Source: Candidatus Zhuqueibacterota bacterium (GTDB lineage: Bacteria; Zhuqueibacterota; Zhuqueibacteria; Thermofontimicrobiales; Thermofontimicrobiaceae). From it: a DNA stretch of 64,000 nt. The DNA lies in the NCBI GenBank assembly GCA_049322915.1, contig JBMOPW010000034.1, forward strand, positions 188,858 to 252,857. The letters run 5' to 3'. Below, piece by piece: positions 44,593-53,358 of this stretch. Each line of letters opens with the position of its first letter. Position 1 is the stretch's first letter. The position numbers and the translations under genes were made by a program. The notes under the pieces are model-generated. The model was not told the DNA's origin. It saw only the letters and a list, made by a program, of their open reading frames with translations, and did no database searches.

Positions 44593-45147
44593 ATGGGAAA
44601 TCATTCGAAAAATGTTTTCATCGCCAGACTGGCAATACTGGTATCGCTCACGGTGGGGATACAGCTTGCCGGCCTGCCGCAGCCAATCACCGGCCCAATG
44701 ATCAATGCCTTGCTGCTGCTGACCGCCGCTTTAGTTGGCGTCATCGCCGGCATCACATTGGGCTGCTTGACCCCGCTGTTAGCTTTGATTCGCGGCCAGC
44801 TCCCGGCGATTCTGGCGCCCATGGTGCCTTTCATCGCAGTGGGAAATGCCCTGCTGGTCCTCACCTTTTTCCTGATTTACCGGGCAAAATCATCCGGCCG
44901 GGCTGAATCAGATTGGCAGATGTATGCCGGCCTTATCGCCGCCGCCGTGGTCAAATTCGTTTTTTTATTATTATCGGCACGCCACCTGCTGCAATTGATT
45001 TTTGATTATGAAATACCCGACACGTTCATTGTCATGATGTCCACGCCACAATTGATCACAGCGTTGGCAGGCGGCGCCATTGCGGCCGCATTGCTGAAAA
45101 TCATAAAAAGATCGGATATGTTCAAATCGTTCTCCGCTCACTCTTAA
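44593..45147 (+). CDS. ECF-transporter S-component-like membrane protein (5-6 TM)
   Basis: 184 aa, hydrophobic. The start ARLAILVSLTVGIQLAGLPQPITGPMINALLLL resembles ECF S components. The family assignment is tentative. Confidence 0.4.
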   Translation: MGNHSKNVFIARLAILVSLTVGIQLAGLPQPITGPMINALLLLTAALVGVIAGITLGCLTPLLALIRGQLPAILAPMVPFIAVGNALLVLTFFLIYRAKSSGRAESDWQMYAGLIAAAVVKFVFLLLSARHLLQLIFDYEIPDTFIVMMSTPQLITALAGGAIAAALLKIIKRSDMFKSFSAHS

Positions 45148-45335
45148 AACGCCCGGGGGACTTCCGTTCGTATGGATAAAAAAAAGAGGTACCAGTTGTT
45201 CTATCCGTCCCAGAAATTACCCGATCCATTGAACAACTGATATCTCATTTTTATTCCAAAAAAAAGGAGTTTCGACAGAGATCGCTCACACCGCTGCATT
45301 GAGTCAACGCCATCTGGCGGCGTGACTCCCCGACA

Positions 45336-45710
45336 TTATTTGCCTGTATACCGTCTCACAACAGCCAGCAGCTCTTCCGATTTCAGCGGTTTCTGGAGAT
45401 ATTCTTTCACCGGCACAGCCGTGGTGTCGAACATCTGCTGCGCCGCATTGGCGAACGAGGACAGAATGACGACGGGAATTTTCAAATTCAATTTTTCAAT
45501 TTCGTCCGCCATTTTGCAGCCGGTATCCACTTCTTCCATCATCACATCGAGGAAGATGAAATTGGGTTTGATTGCCTTTATCGCTGCAAGCCCGCTGACG
45601 CCGTCTGCTGCTTCATGGACTTCGTAATTTTCAGACTCGAGCACGACCTTTGCCATTTCCCTGAAATCCATATCATCATCGATGATGAGGATTTTCGTTT
45701 TCTCAGCCAT
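45336..45710 (-). CDS. Single-domain response regulator (receiver), last gene of the hydrogenase operon
   Basis: 124 aa with KILIIDDDMDF...FIFLDVMMEEVDTG...VVILSS...QKPL. It starts 11 nt after the hydB stop. Confidence 0.88.
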   Translation of the reverse strand: MAEKTKILIIDDDMDFREMAKVVLESENYEVHEAADGVSGLAAIKAIKPNFIFLDVMMEEVDTGCKMADEIEKLNLKIPVVILSSFANAAQQMFDTTAVPVKEYLQKPLKSEELLAVVRRYTGK

Positions 45711-45721
45711 TTCTCCTCCAT

Positions 45722-46969
45722 TTATTCGGTTAAAGATTCAAATTCAGCGCGGAATTTATCAATCATGGCCTGAATGGCCACGGCGCCAGCCTCACCCAGA
45801 GGACACAGCGTGGTTCCTTTAATCGTCCTGGTTAATTTTTCGATGGTCGCCAGGTCGGTTGTGTCGCCCTCGCCGGCCAGCATATTGTTCAGGATTTGCT
45901 GGATTTTGGCAAGCCCTTCACGACATGGCGTGCATTGTCCGCAGGACTCATGGGTGAAGAAATTGATCGCCGTCAGCGCCACTTCCGGGATGGAGGTATC
46001 TTCATCCATCACCACAATGCCGCCGGAGCCCAACATGGTGCCCGCCTTGACGCAGGAGTCAAAATCCAAATTGACGTCAATTTCATCCGCTTTCAAAATG
46101 ACGGCTGAAAGTCCGCCGGGGATAACAGCCTTTAATTTTTTATGGTCTTTCACGCCCTGCGCGGCATACTCAATCAGGTCCTTCAAATTCGTACCCAACG
46201 GATATTCGTAAACGCCGGGTCGGTTGACATGGCCGGAGATGCCGTACAGTTTGGTGCCCGAGCTTTGAAACGATCCCATCAGCTTGAAGGTTTCGGCGTC
46301 GTATTTGGCAATGAAAGGGATGCAGGCCAGGGTTTCCACGTTATTCACAATTGTGGGGCAACCGTAAAGACCCACATTGGCCGGGAACGGCGGTTTTATC
46401 CGCGGCTCGCCCCGCTTCCCTTCGAGCGATTCGATCAACGCGGTTTCTTCGCCGCAGACATAAGCGCCGGCGCCTCGCATCACCACGATATCGAAATCAA
46501 AGCCTTTGCCCATGATATTCGCGCCCAACAGATTGGCTTTTCGCGCATTGACAATGGCCTTCTCCAGGATATCAGCAATCTTTTTAAATTCGCCCCGGAT
46601 GTAAATGAACCCTTTATCCGCGCGCAATGCGTACGCAGTGATGGTCATTCCCTCGATGAGCAACAGCGGATCGTGCTCCATTATTTCGCGATCCTTAAAT
46701 GTGCCGGGCTCGCCTTCATCGGCATTGCAGATGAGATAGAAAGGCTGCGTCTTTTCTTTGGGCAGAAACGACCATTTGAATCCGGTCGGAAAGCCGGCGC
46801 CGCCGCGTCCTCTGAGGAATGATTTCTTCACTTCGTCGATTATTTGCTGAGGCGTTTGATCCAACGCTTTTTTCAGGCCTTCATAACCGCCTGCTTTCAC
46901 ATAGTTCTCGACCTTCTCCATCCCGGCGATGCCAACGTGTCGCGTCAAAACTTTTTTCTCTTCTATCAT
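45722..46969 (-). CDS. hydB: NuoF-like FMN/NAD(H)-binding flavoprotein subunit of the [FeFe]-hydrogenase (short form)
   Basis: 415 aa with GRGGAGFPTGFKWSF, NADEGEPGTFKDREI, and the N3-type cluster motif ESCGQCTPCREG. It has no N- or C-terminal ferredoxin-like extensions. Confidence 0.9.
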   Translation of the reverse strand: MIEEKKVLTRHVGIAGMEKVENYVKAGGYEGLKKALDQTPQQIIDEVKKSFLRGRGGAGFPTGFKWSFLPKEKTQPFYLICNADEGEPGTFKDREIMEHDPLLLIEGMTITAYALRADKGFIYIRGEFKKIADILEKAIVNARKANLLGANIMGKGFDFDIVVMRGAGAYVCGEETALIESLEGKRGEPRIKPPFPANVGLYGCPTIVNNVETLACIPFIAKYDAETFKLMGSFQSSGTKLYGISGHVNRPGVYEYPLGTNLKDLIEYAAQGVKDHKKLKAVIPGGLSAVILKADEIDVNLDFDSCVKAGTMLGSGGIVVMDEDTSIPEVALTAINFFTHESCGQCTPCREGLAKIQQILNNMLAGEGDTTDLATIEKLTRTIKGTTLCPLGEAGAVAIQAMIDKFRAEFESLTE

Positions 46970-46981
46970 TAAATAAACTCC

Positions 46982-47491
46982 TTATTGTAGTGATTCCAGG
47001 ATACTGTCTACTTTTTCTTCAGTCAGATTTTCATAGTACGTATCATTCACCATCATGACCGGGGCGGTGCCGCACGCGCCTAAACATTCGACGAGACTCA
47101 ATGAATACGTGCCATTTTCCGTCGTCTCACCCGGCTCAATGTCCAGTTTTTCCGACACGTGCTCGATGATGTGCTTCGCGCCCATGAGCGAGCATGCGAT
47201 GTTGCGGCAGATTTGTATGTGGTATTTGCCGACAGGGCTGGTATTGAACATGGTATAAAAAGTGAGAACGCTGTAAATTTTATTGGGAGTCGTTTCCAGT
47301 ATGTCCGCAAGCTGCCTGACAACGGAATTGGATACCCAACCAAATTCATCCTGAATGATGTGAAGCGCTGGCAGGAGCGCCGAGTTTTTTTGTGGAAACT
47401 GTTTTACTACTTCATTGATCTTTTTTATCATCTTATCGGTCAATGTGTGTTCAATATCTTTTGTCAGATATTGGGAAGGCGATGATGTCAT
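46982..47491 (-). CDS. hydC: NuoE-like thioredoxin-fold [2Fe-2S] subunit of the hydrogenase
   Basis: ORF 46982..47512, with start probably at M8. SALLPALHIIQDEFGWV...HIQICRNIACSLMGA...VECLGACGTAPVMMVND is the NuoE/HydC signature. Confidence 0.88.
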   Translation of the reverse strand: MTSSPSQYLTKDIEHTLTDKMIKKINEVVKQFPQKNSALLPALHIIQDEFGWVSNSVVRQLADILETTPNKIYSVLTFYTMFNTSPVGKYHIQICRNIACSLMGAKHIIEHVSEKLDIEPGETTENGTYSLSLVECLGACGTAPVMMVNDTYYENLTEEKVDSILESLQ

Positions 47492-47551
47492 CGAACATAT
47501 CCTCCAATACAATTAATATTCTTCTGAACAATCAAATCATTTATTATCGAA

Positions 47552-49270
47552 TTACATCGGGCGTTCATGGTAATGCGTATGAAGCAGGTGGTGGCTCTTT
47601 TCGCCGCATGGTTCGCCCAGAAACTCCTTGTACAATCGCTGAACCCATTCATTGCTGTGTGAGGTTTTCACCGCTTCGGAGTCATCGATCTGGTAGAGCG
47701 CCTTGTTCCGGGCTTTAATACTGTCCAGATTGGTTCCAAACGGTTGGCCGCCGCCAGCGATACAGCCGCCGGGGCAGGTCATTATTTCAATGAAATGAAG
47801 GTCTTTTCGACCGGCGCGAACCTGATCCATCAAAATTTTCGCATTGGCCAGACTGCTGGTCACAGCGACGCCAACTTCCAGATCATTGATTTTGACTTTG
47901 GCTTCCCGAATGCCGGTATATCCGCGGACGGCCTCGACATGCAGGTCTTTCAATTCCTGGCCGGTAATCAGAAAATACGCCGATCGGATGGCAGCTTCCA
48001 TCACGCCGCCGCTCGCGCCGAAAATTTTGCCGGCTGTGGTGCGTTCACCGAATGGCGTATCCGCTGTGTCCGGCGTGAGCGTTTTAATATCCACGCCAAA
48101 AATGCGAATCAATCGCGCCAACTCACGGGTCGTCAGGACGGCGTCGACATCAGGAATTTCATTCTGGGTCATTTCCGGCCGTTTCGCCTCGAACTTTTTG
48201 GCTGTGCAGGGCATGATCGAAACGCTATAAATTTTCCTGGGGTCGATCCCTTCGCGTTCGGCAAAGAAGCTTTTGATGATTGCGCCCATCATTTGCTGGG
48301 GGCTTTTACACGTGGAAACATGTTCCAGTAAATCAGGATAAAATTGTTCGATGTATTTAATCCAGCCGGGAGAGCAGCTTGTGGTCATGGGCAATTTCCC
48401 GCCCTGTGTGATTCGATGCACCAGTTCGGTCCCTTCTTCCATGATGGTCAAATCGGCGGAAAAAGACGTATCGAACACGCGATCAAATCCCATCAATCGC
48501 ATGGCCGCCACCATTTTCCCATCGATATCAAATTCGCCCGGCGCAAATCCAAACTCTTCCGCCAACGTCACCGAAACGGCCGGCGCATGCTGGACAACAA
48601 CAAATTTGTCCGGATCATTCAGCGCATCGATGACATGCTGAATATCGCTCTTCTCGGACAGCGCCCCGGTGGGACAGGCGATGACGCACTGGCCGCAGTT
48701 AATGCAGCGCGACAGATTCAGTTCTTTGCCGTCTTCAATGCCAATGATGGATTCAAATCCGCGACCCATCAGTTCGATGGCGGCGACGCCCTGAATTTCT
48801 TCGCAGACGCGCACACAGCGACCACAGAGAATACATTTGTTCTGGTCTCTCACCAGCGATGGGCTCGACTCGTCCACCGCGTAATGATGTTCATTTTTAA
48901 TCAGAGCACGATTTCTCACGCCCAGATCTTCGGCCAGCTTCTGCAAATCGCAATTTCCATTGCGCACGCAAAAGAGGCAATCATCCGGGTGATTGGACAG
49001 CATCAATTCAACGAGATTTTTTCGCGTCTCCAGCACGCGCGGTGAATGCGTTTTAATTCGCATCCCCTCACTCACCGGGAACGAACAGGCCGGGACTAGG
49101 TCTTTTCTGCCTTCGACCTCAACAACGCATACGCGGCATCTTCCCACCGGCGCGAGTTTTTCGAAGTAGCACAATGTCGGGATAGTGATACCGGCTCGTT
49201 TCAAAGCTGATAGAATGGTCTCGCCTTTTTCAGCTTCAATTTTTTTGTTGTTCACATCGATCTGGATCAT
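47552..49270 (-). CDS. hydA: [FeFe]-hydrogenase catalytic subunit (M3 architecture: 2Fe-2S, His-ligated 4Fe-4S, 2x[4Fe-4S], H-domain)
   Basis: 572 aa. N-terminal cluster motifs: CRVCVVEV, HPDDCLFCVRNGNCDLQ, CILCGRCVRVCE, CINCGQCVIACP. H-cluster motifs: L1 TSCSPGW (variant, see findings), L2 MPCTAKKFE, L3 EIMTCPGGCIAGGGQP. Confidence 0.93.
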   Translation of the reverse strand: MIQIDVNNKKIEAEKGETILSALKRAGITIPTLCYFEKLAPVGRCRVCVVEVEGRKDLVPACSFPVSEGMRIKTHSPRVLETRKNLVELMLSNHPDDCLFCVRNGNCDLQKLAEDLGVRNRALIKNEHHYAVDESSPSLVRDQNKCILCGRCVRVCEEIQGVAAIELMGRGFESIIGIEDGKELNLSRCINCGQCVIACPTGALSEKSDIQHVIDALNDPDKFVVVQHAPAVSVTLAEEFGFAPGEFDIDGKMVAAMRLMGFDRVFDTSFSADLTIMEEGTELVHRITQGGKLPMTTSCSPGWIKYIEQFYPDLLEHVSTCKSPQQMMGAIIKSFFAEREGIDPRKIYSVSIMPCTAKKFEAKRPEMTQNEIPDVDAVLTTRELARLIRIFGVDIKTLTPDTADTPFGERTTAGKIFGASGGVMEAAIRSAYFLITGQELKDLHVEAVRGYTGIREAKVKINDLEVGVAVTSSLANAKILMDQVRAGRKDLHFIEIMTCPGGCIAGGGQPFGTNLDSIKARNKALYQIDDSEAVKTSHSNEWVQRLYKEFLGEPCGEKSHHLLHTHYHERPM

Positions 49271-49319
49271 GATAATTTCCTTTAACTCCTCATTTAATTC
49301 GGAAACCTTGTCTATTCAA

Positions 49320-50810
49320 TTATCTATGCAAGGGCAGTGTCACTCGGAATTGGCTGCCCTCCCCAATGTTACTTTTTACTTCGATACTCCCATTATGCAA
49401 CTCGGCAATGCGCTTGGCGATGTTCAATCCCAGGCCGGTGCCCGGTATTTTTTGGATTTCCTCGCGCCTGGATCTGAAAAATTCTGTGAAGATTTTGCGC
49501 TGATCCTCCTCGGAAATTCCCAGGCCGGTATCGCTGACCGAGACGAGAATCCGAGCGGCATCCGCTTCGAGAGTAATGGTCACCGAACCCTTGTGCCGGT
49601 TGTATTTAATGGCATTGCTGATTAAATTATTGAATAAATATGTCAATGCGTTATTGTCACCGTTCATGGGGGGAATCGACTCGTCCGCGTGCAGGATGAT
49701 CTGAATTTCCCTGGTTTCTGCTTCGTGCTCCATAAATGTGATGATTTCAGTGATCACTTTTTTGACATCCACCGGCACGCGTTCGCTGATGAATTTCCCG
49801 GATTCAATCGAAGTGATGCTTAACAGATCCTGCACCAGATTCCGCAGCGTCTCTGCTTTCTGACGCGACCGCGACAGGTATTCCAGCAGCTTCTCCGGCT
49901 TGTCATTGACATATCCTTTGATGATTAAATCCAGATAACCGTCAATAGCGTTGATGGGCGCTTTCAATTCATGGGCAACAACGGACACAAGCTTCTGGAA
50001 TTCCGCCTTCATCCGCTCGAGTTTTTTCTCTTCGGAGATGTCCATCAATACCAGAGCCAGGCCCGAAACCTCGTCATTCTTCTCTTTGATGGGCGCGCCC
50101 GTTATCAGATAAATAATATCCTTTTCTTTATCAAAAACAATCTCTTTGCTGATATTACCAGTCGGAAAATTATTAGCGCTCAACGAGGTGCAGATAAATT
50201 CTTCCAGATCCGAATTATTCAGAAATCCGCTTACATGCTTGCCGATTTTTTCCGGCGTTGTCAGATGTAACATGGCGCATGCGACCTGATTGACCAAAAT
50301 CAGATTCGCATCCTTATCCGTGGCGATAAGTCCTTCGCCCATGCAATTGATAATCGTGGTGAGCCGTGATTGTTCAGCCGCAATCCTGAGCAGATTTTGC
50401 TCGCGTTCCCGACGCAGACCGTCAGCTTCTTTGAGCAGGTGGCTTTTCTCCAGTCCCTTTCGAACGACATTCCGTAATTCTTCGGGAGTGAACGGCTTGG
50501 GAATATAATCGTAAACTCCCTTTTTCAGCGTCTCCACGGCAGACTCGATTGTGGCAAATCCGGTGATCACCACGATGATGATATTCGGATCAATTTCGCG
50601 GAGTACGTCGATGACATCGGTGCCGGACATTTCAGGCATCATCAGATCCAGCAGAACCAGATCGAACGGACCAGCCTTCAGCTTCCCGATGCCGATGCGA
50701 CCATTTTCAGCCGTTTCGATCACATAGCCTTCGTGGCGAAGCGTCATGTCACAGGCCAGCCGAATGACGTCGTCGTCGTCAATCACTAATATTTTGGGCG
50801 ATTCGCTCAT
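49320..50810 (-). CDS. REC-PAS-histidine kinase (N-terminal receiver, PAS, HisKA, HATPase_c)
   Basis: ORF 49320..50837. The start at M10 (MSESPKILVIDDDD) gives an ATGA overlap with the upstream stop. H-box VSVVAHELKAPINAI. G boxes SDTGLGI and GTGLGLNIAKRIA. Confidence 0.9.
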   Translation of the reverse strand: MSESPKILVIDDDDVIRLACDMTLRHEGYVIETAENGRIGIGKLKAGPFDLVLLDLMMPEMSGTDVIDVLREIDPNIIIVVITGFATIESAVETLKKGVYDYIPKPFTPEELRNVVRKGLEKSHLLKEADGLRREREQNLLRIAAEQSRLTTIINCMGEGLIATDKDANLILVNQVACAMLHLTTPEKIGKHVSGFLNNSDLEEFICTSLSANNFPTGNISKEIVFDKEKDIIYLITGAPIKEKNDEVSGLALVLMDISEEKKLERMKAEFQKLVSVVAHELKAPINAIDGYLDLIIKGYVNDKPEKLLEYLSRSRQKAETLRNLVQDLLSITSIESGKFISERVPVDVKKVITEIITFMEHEAETREIQIILHADESIPPMNGDNNALTYLFNNLISNAIKYNRHKGSVTITLEADAARILVSVSDTGLGISEEDQRKIFTEFFRSRREEIQKIPGTGLGLNIAKRIAELHNGSIEVKSNIGEGSQFRVTLPLHR

Positions 50811-51649
50811 TTCGTTTCCGGCATCCCCTGCACGCAATTGAGGCTCATTTGCAACAGCTTTTCAACTGCAGGAATCACATCTTCAATTTTGACAGGTTTG
50901 GTGAGATACGTCCAGGTCGGCAGTGTCGTCCTTACCTTGCTCATTATCATTTCTTCGGCGCTGCTATGTGTCGGTGAAACAAACAATAACATCGGTATTT
51001 CTATCATGTCATTTCTTTGAATAATCTTATCGACAAAATGGTATCCATCACTACCGACCTGGATATTTATATCGACCATCAATATATCCGGAGGATTTTT
51101 CGCGGCTTTCCCGAACGCTTCATCCGACTCGTAACTAATATCGACAATAAAATTATGGTTCTCTAAATTTATCCTGTGAATTTCCAGAAAGTCATCGTTT
51201 TCATCGACTATAAGTATGCTCTTTTTTTTTACCGGTTCAGTGGGCAACTCCATGCTTTTCTGGATTTCTGGTTTAACAGGTAGAGCGCTTTTAATAGCCA
51301 GCTTCAAATCATCGATGCCAAAGGAATCGAGATGGTAGTAATAAATTTTCTCACTCCGAATTTTGGCTTCGAATTCCTTTGAATTTGTATGCGCCTTCAC
51401 GATTATTTTGATCGACGGATTAATGTCTTTCAAAATTTGAATAGTCTTCTCAATGGGCATTCCCGGCACGGATGCATCCAATACGATGATATCGAACATT
51501 TTATTCTGCGCCTGAATGATGCCAGCTGCCAAATCATGCTCGACGACCAGGCTGCCATTGTGCTGCCCGATGAGCGCAGAAAGCTCGGCGTAGAGTTTTT
51601 CGTCCTGGCTGATGACGAACAAAATGTGAGTTGCCATCTGACTATTCAT
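50807..51649 (-). CDS. Tandem receiver-domain protein (degenerate REC + canonical REC), first gene of the hydrogenase operon
   Basis: ORF 50807..51688. I chose the start at M14 (MNSQMATHILFV) because the ATG at 51688 would lie too close to the predicted sigma-54 promoter. The first REC lacks the acidic pair (FVISQDE) but keeps IIVLDASVPGM. The second is canonical: ILIVDENDDF...ILMVDINIQ. Confidence 0.75.
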   Translation of the reverse strand: MNSQMATHILFVISQDEKLYAELSALIGQHNGSLVVEHDLAAGIIQAQNKMFDIIVLDASVPGMPIEKTIQILKDINPSIKIIVKAHTNSKEFEAKIRSEKIYYYHLDSFGIDDLKLAIKSALPVKPEIQKSMELPTEPVKKKSILIVDENDDFLEIHRINLENHNFIVDISYESDEAFGKAAKNPPDILMVDINIQVGSDGYHFVDKIIQRNDMIEIPMLLFVSPTHSSAEEMIMSKVRTTLPTWTYLTKPVKIEDVIPAVEKLLQMSLNCVQGMPETK

Positions 51650-51708
51650 GAAAAATACCTGTTTCATAAAATTGAACTGCTGACACAAGAAAAATAGGCA
51701 ATATTTTT

Positions 51709-51723
51709 ACAAACGACGTGCCA
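51709..51723 (-). promoter_or_regulatory. Candidate sigma-54 (-24/-12) promoter of the receiver/kinase/hydrogenase operon
   Basis: The minus strand reads TGGCAC-GTCGT-TTGT, the same variant -12 element as the site at 25751-25765. It is 20-70 nt upstream of the candidate start codons. Confidence 0.55.
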
Positions 51724-52152
51724 CAAAATCAAAATAATATTTCAGGACGTTAATGTTATCAGAATCCTGGTGTTACGCCCCGGTTCGGGTGAGCGATATT
51801 TTCATCGCGGAAAATTCCGGCGCACTTTTTTCGGGGCAAATTACCCCGACAAATTGATGGCGATTTTAGTCTTTTGATTTATAGCGAGTTATGCCTGGGG
51901 GAAAATGCCACAGGAATGAAATACCGTTCTCTCATTTTGGGGAGTATTCGTTAAGTTAGTCGCCTGCGGCGCCACTCAATTCAGCAATAATGACAATGGT
52001 ACAAAACGATATGCAAGCAGAATGACCGACAAAGGGAGGTTGAAAAACGGGTAACGTGGCAGGCGTTCAACCATAATTTTGGGAAGTGGGAACAACACCT
52101 TACCCGTTTTGATGGGGTCGAAAGAAACGTCAGTGGGACGATTCGGACAAAG

Positions 52153-52722
52153 CTATTTGGTGACATTCTCCATATTTGCGCCGTCCACGATGATATTTTC
52201 CATATTGGCGCCATTCAAAAAAGCGCCGGAGAGATTGGCATTTTTCAAATTGGCATCGCGAAGTTCGGCTCGTTCCATGTGTGCACAGGACAGATTTGCT
52301 CCGGTGAAATCAGCTCCAGGAAATTCAGCGCGCTTCATTCTGCCGGATTCGATTTTGGCGTTTTGAAAATTCGCTTTCGCCGCCTGAACGCCGAATAATT
52401 TAGCATGAAACAGGTTGGCGTTTTTAAAACTGGCGCCCTCCATATTTGTATCCTGAAAGTTGCCCTCGGCTGCGTCGCAATTATCAAAACGGGCATTCAA
52501 CAAATTTGCACCGAATAAAAATACATCCTTCAAATTCGCCCCGCTGAAATTAGCGTCTTCGAGATTCGCATTTTGCAAATGAGCGTCAATCAAAATGGAA
52601 TTGGAAAAATCCGCCCCTTTCAAATTTTCGTACGACAGGTCGATGCTGCTGAGGTCTAAATTTGATAACGATTCACCGCGTTGATATTTCGCCAGCACTT
52701 CATCGCGTGAGAGTTGTGGCAT
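52153..52722 (-). CDS. Pentapeptide-repeat protein
   Basis: 189 aa made almost entirely of A(D/N)LxX pentads (e.g. ANLEDANFSGANLKDVFLFGANLLNARF). Confidence 0.9.
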   Translation of the reverse strand: MPQLSRDEVLAKYQRGESLSNLDLSSIDLSYENLKGADFSNSILIDAHLQNANLEDANFSGANLKDVFLFGANLLNARFDNCDAAEGNFQDTNMEGASFKNANLFHAKLFGVQAAKANFQNAKIESGRMKRAEFPGADFTGANLSCAHMERAELRDANLKNANLSGAFLNGANMENIIVDGANMENVTK

Positions 52723-52733
52723 ATTGCTCCTCC

Positions 52734-53078
52734 CTATTTTCCTTGAAAGCTATTTACTGCTTCTTCAATTGAGTTATATGTTAAAAACACTGTTTCCAGT
52801 TTAGTGATTTCCAGAGGACGACGAATGCGCTCCGACAAATTGACCAGTCGCAAATCGCCGCCACTGCTTCGCGCCGTCGTGAGACCACTGATGAGCATAC
52901 CAAGTCCGGAACTGTTCATCCAGGTTGCTTTCGCCATATCCACGACAAAATTCACAACATCATCTTCTATCGAAGTGTACAAAGTATTCCTGAATTGCTC
53001 GGATTCAACGCCGCCCATGATTTCGCCTTCCATTTGTATCAGCAAGACGTCATTGTATTTCTGTGTGTGAAGTTTCAT
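52734..53078 (-). CDS. STAS-domain anti-sigma-factor antagonist (SpoIIAA-like)
   Basis: ORF 52734..53144. M23 (MKLHTQKYNDVLLIQMEGEIMGG) is preceded by AGGAGG at -8. MNSSGLGMLISGLTTARSSGGDLRLVNL is a typical STAS sequence. Confidence 0.8.
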   Translation of the reverse strand: MKLHTQKYNDVLLIQMEGEIMGGVESEQFRNTLYTSIEDDVVNFVVDMAKATWMNSSGLGMLISGLTTARSSGGDLRLVNLSERIRRPLEITKLETVFLTYNSIEEAVNSFQGK

Positions 53079-53358
53079 TGTGATTTCCTCCTGCGATATC
53101 GGATTTTTCTGATGCAATGCTGAGCCCTGAATCCCACAATTCACATCCCGACGGGCTGACGACGGTTTCAGGCGAACTGCATTCGTTTTCTCGAATTATA
53201 ACTGTTGTTAATAGTTCTTTGTTAGATCGATTGAATTTTTACACTTAAAAACAAATCAAAGATGGAGTGCATTCCCTTTCTGGCATGCAGTGACGCGATT
53301 CCAAAGGCATCGCACAATGGGTAATAACGAATGAATCAAAGCGTTAAACTGCCTCAAT

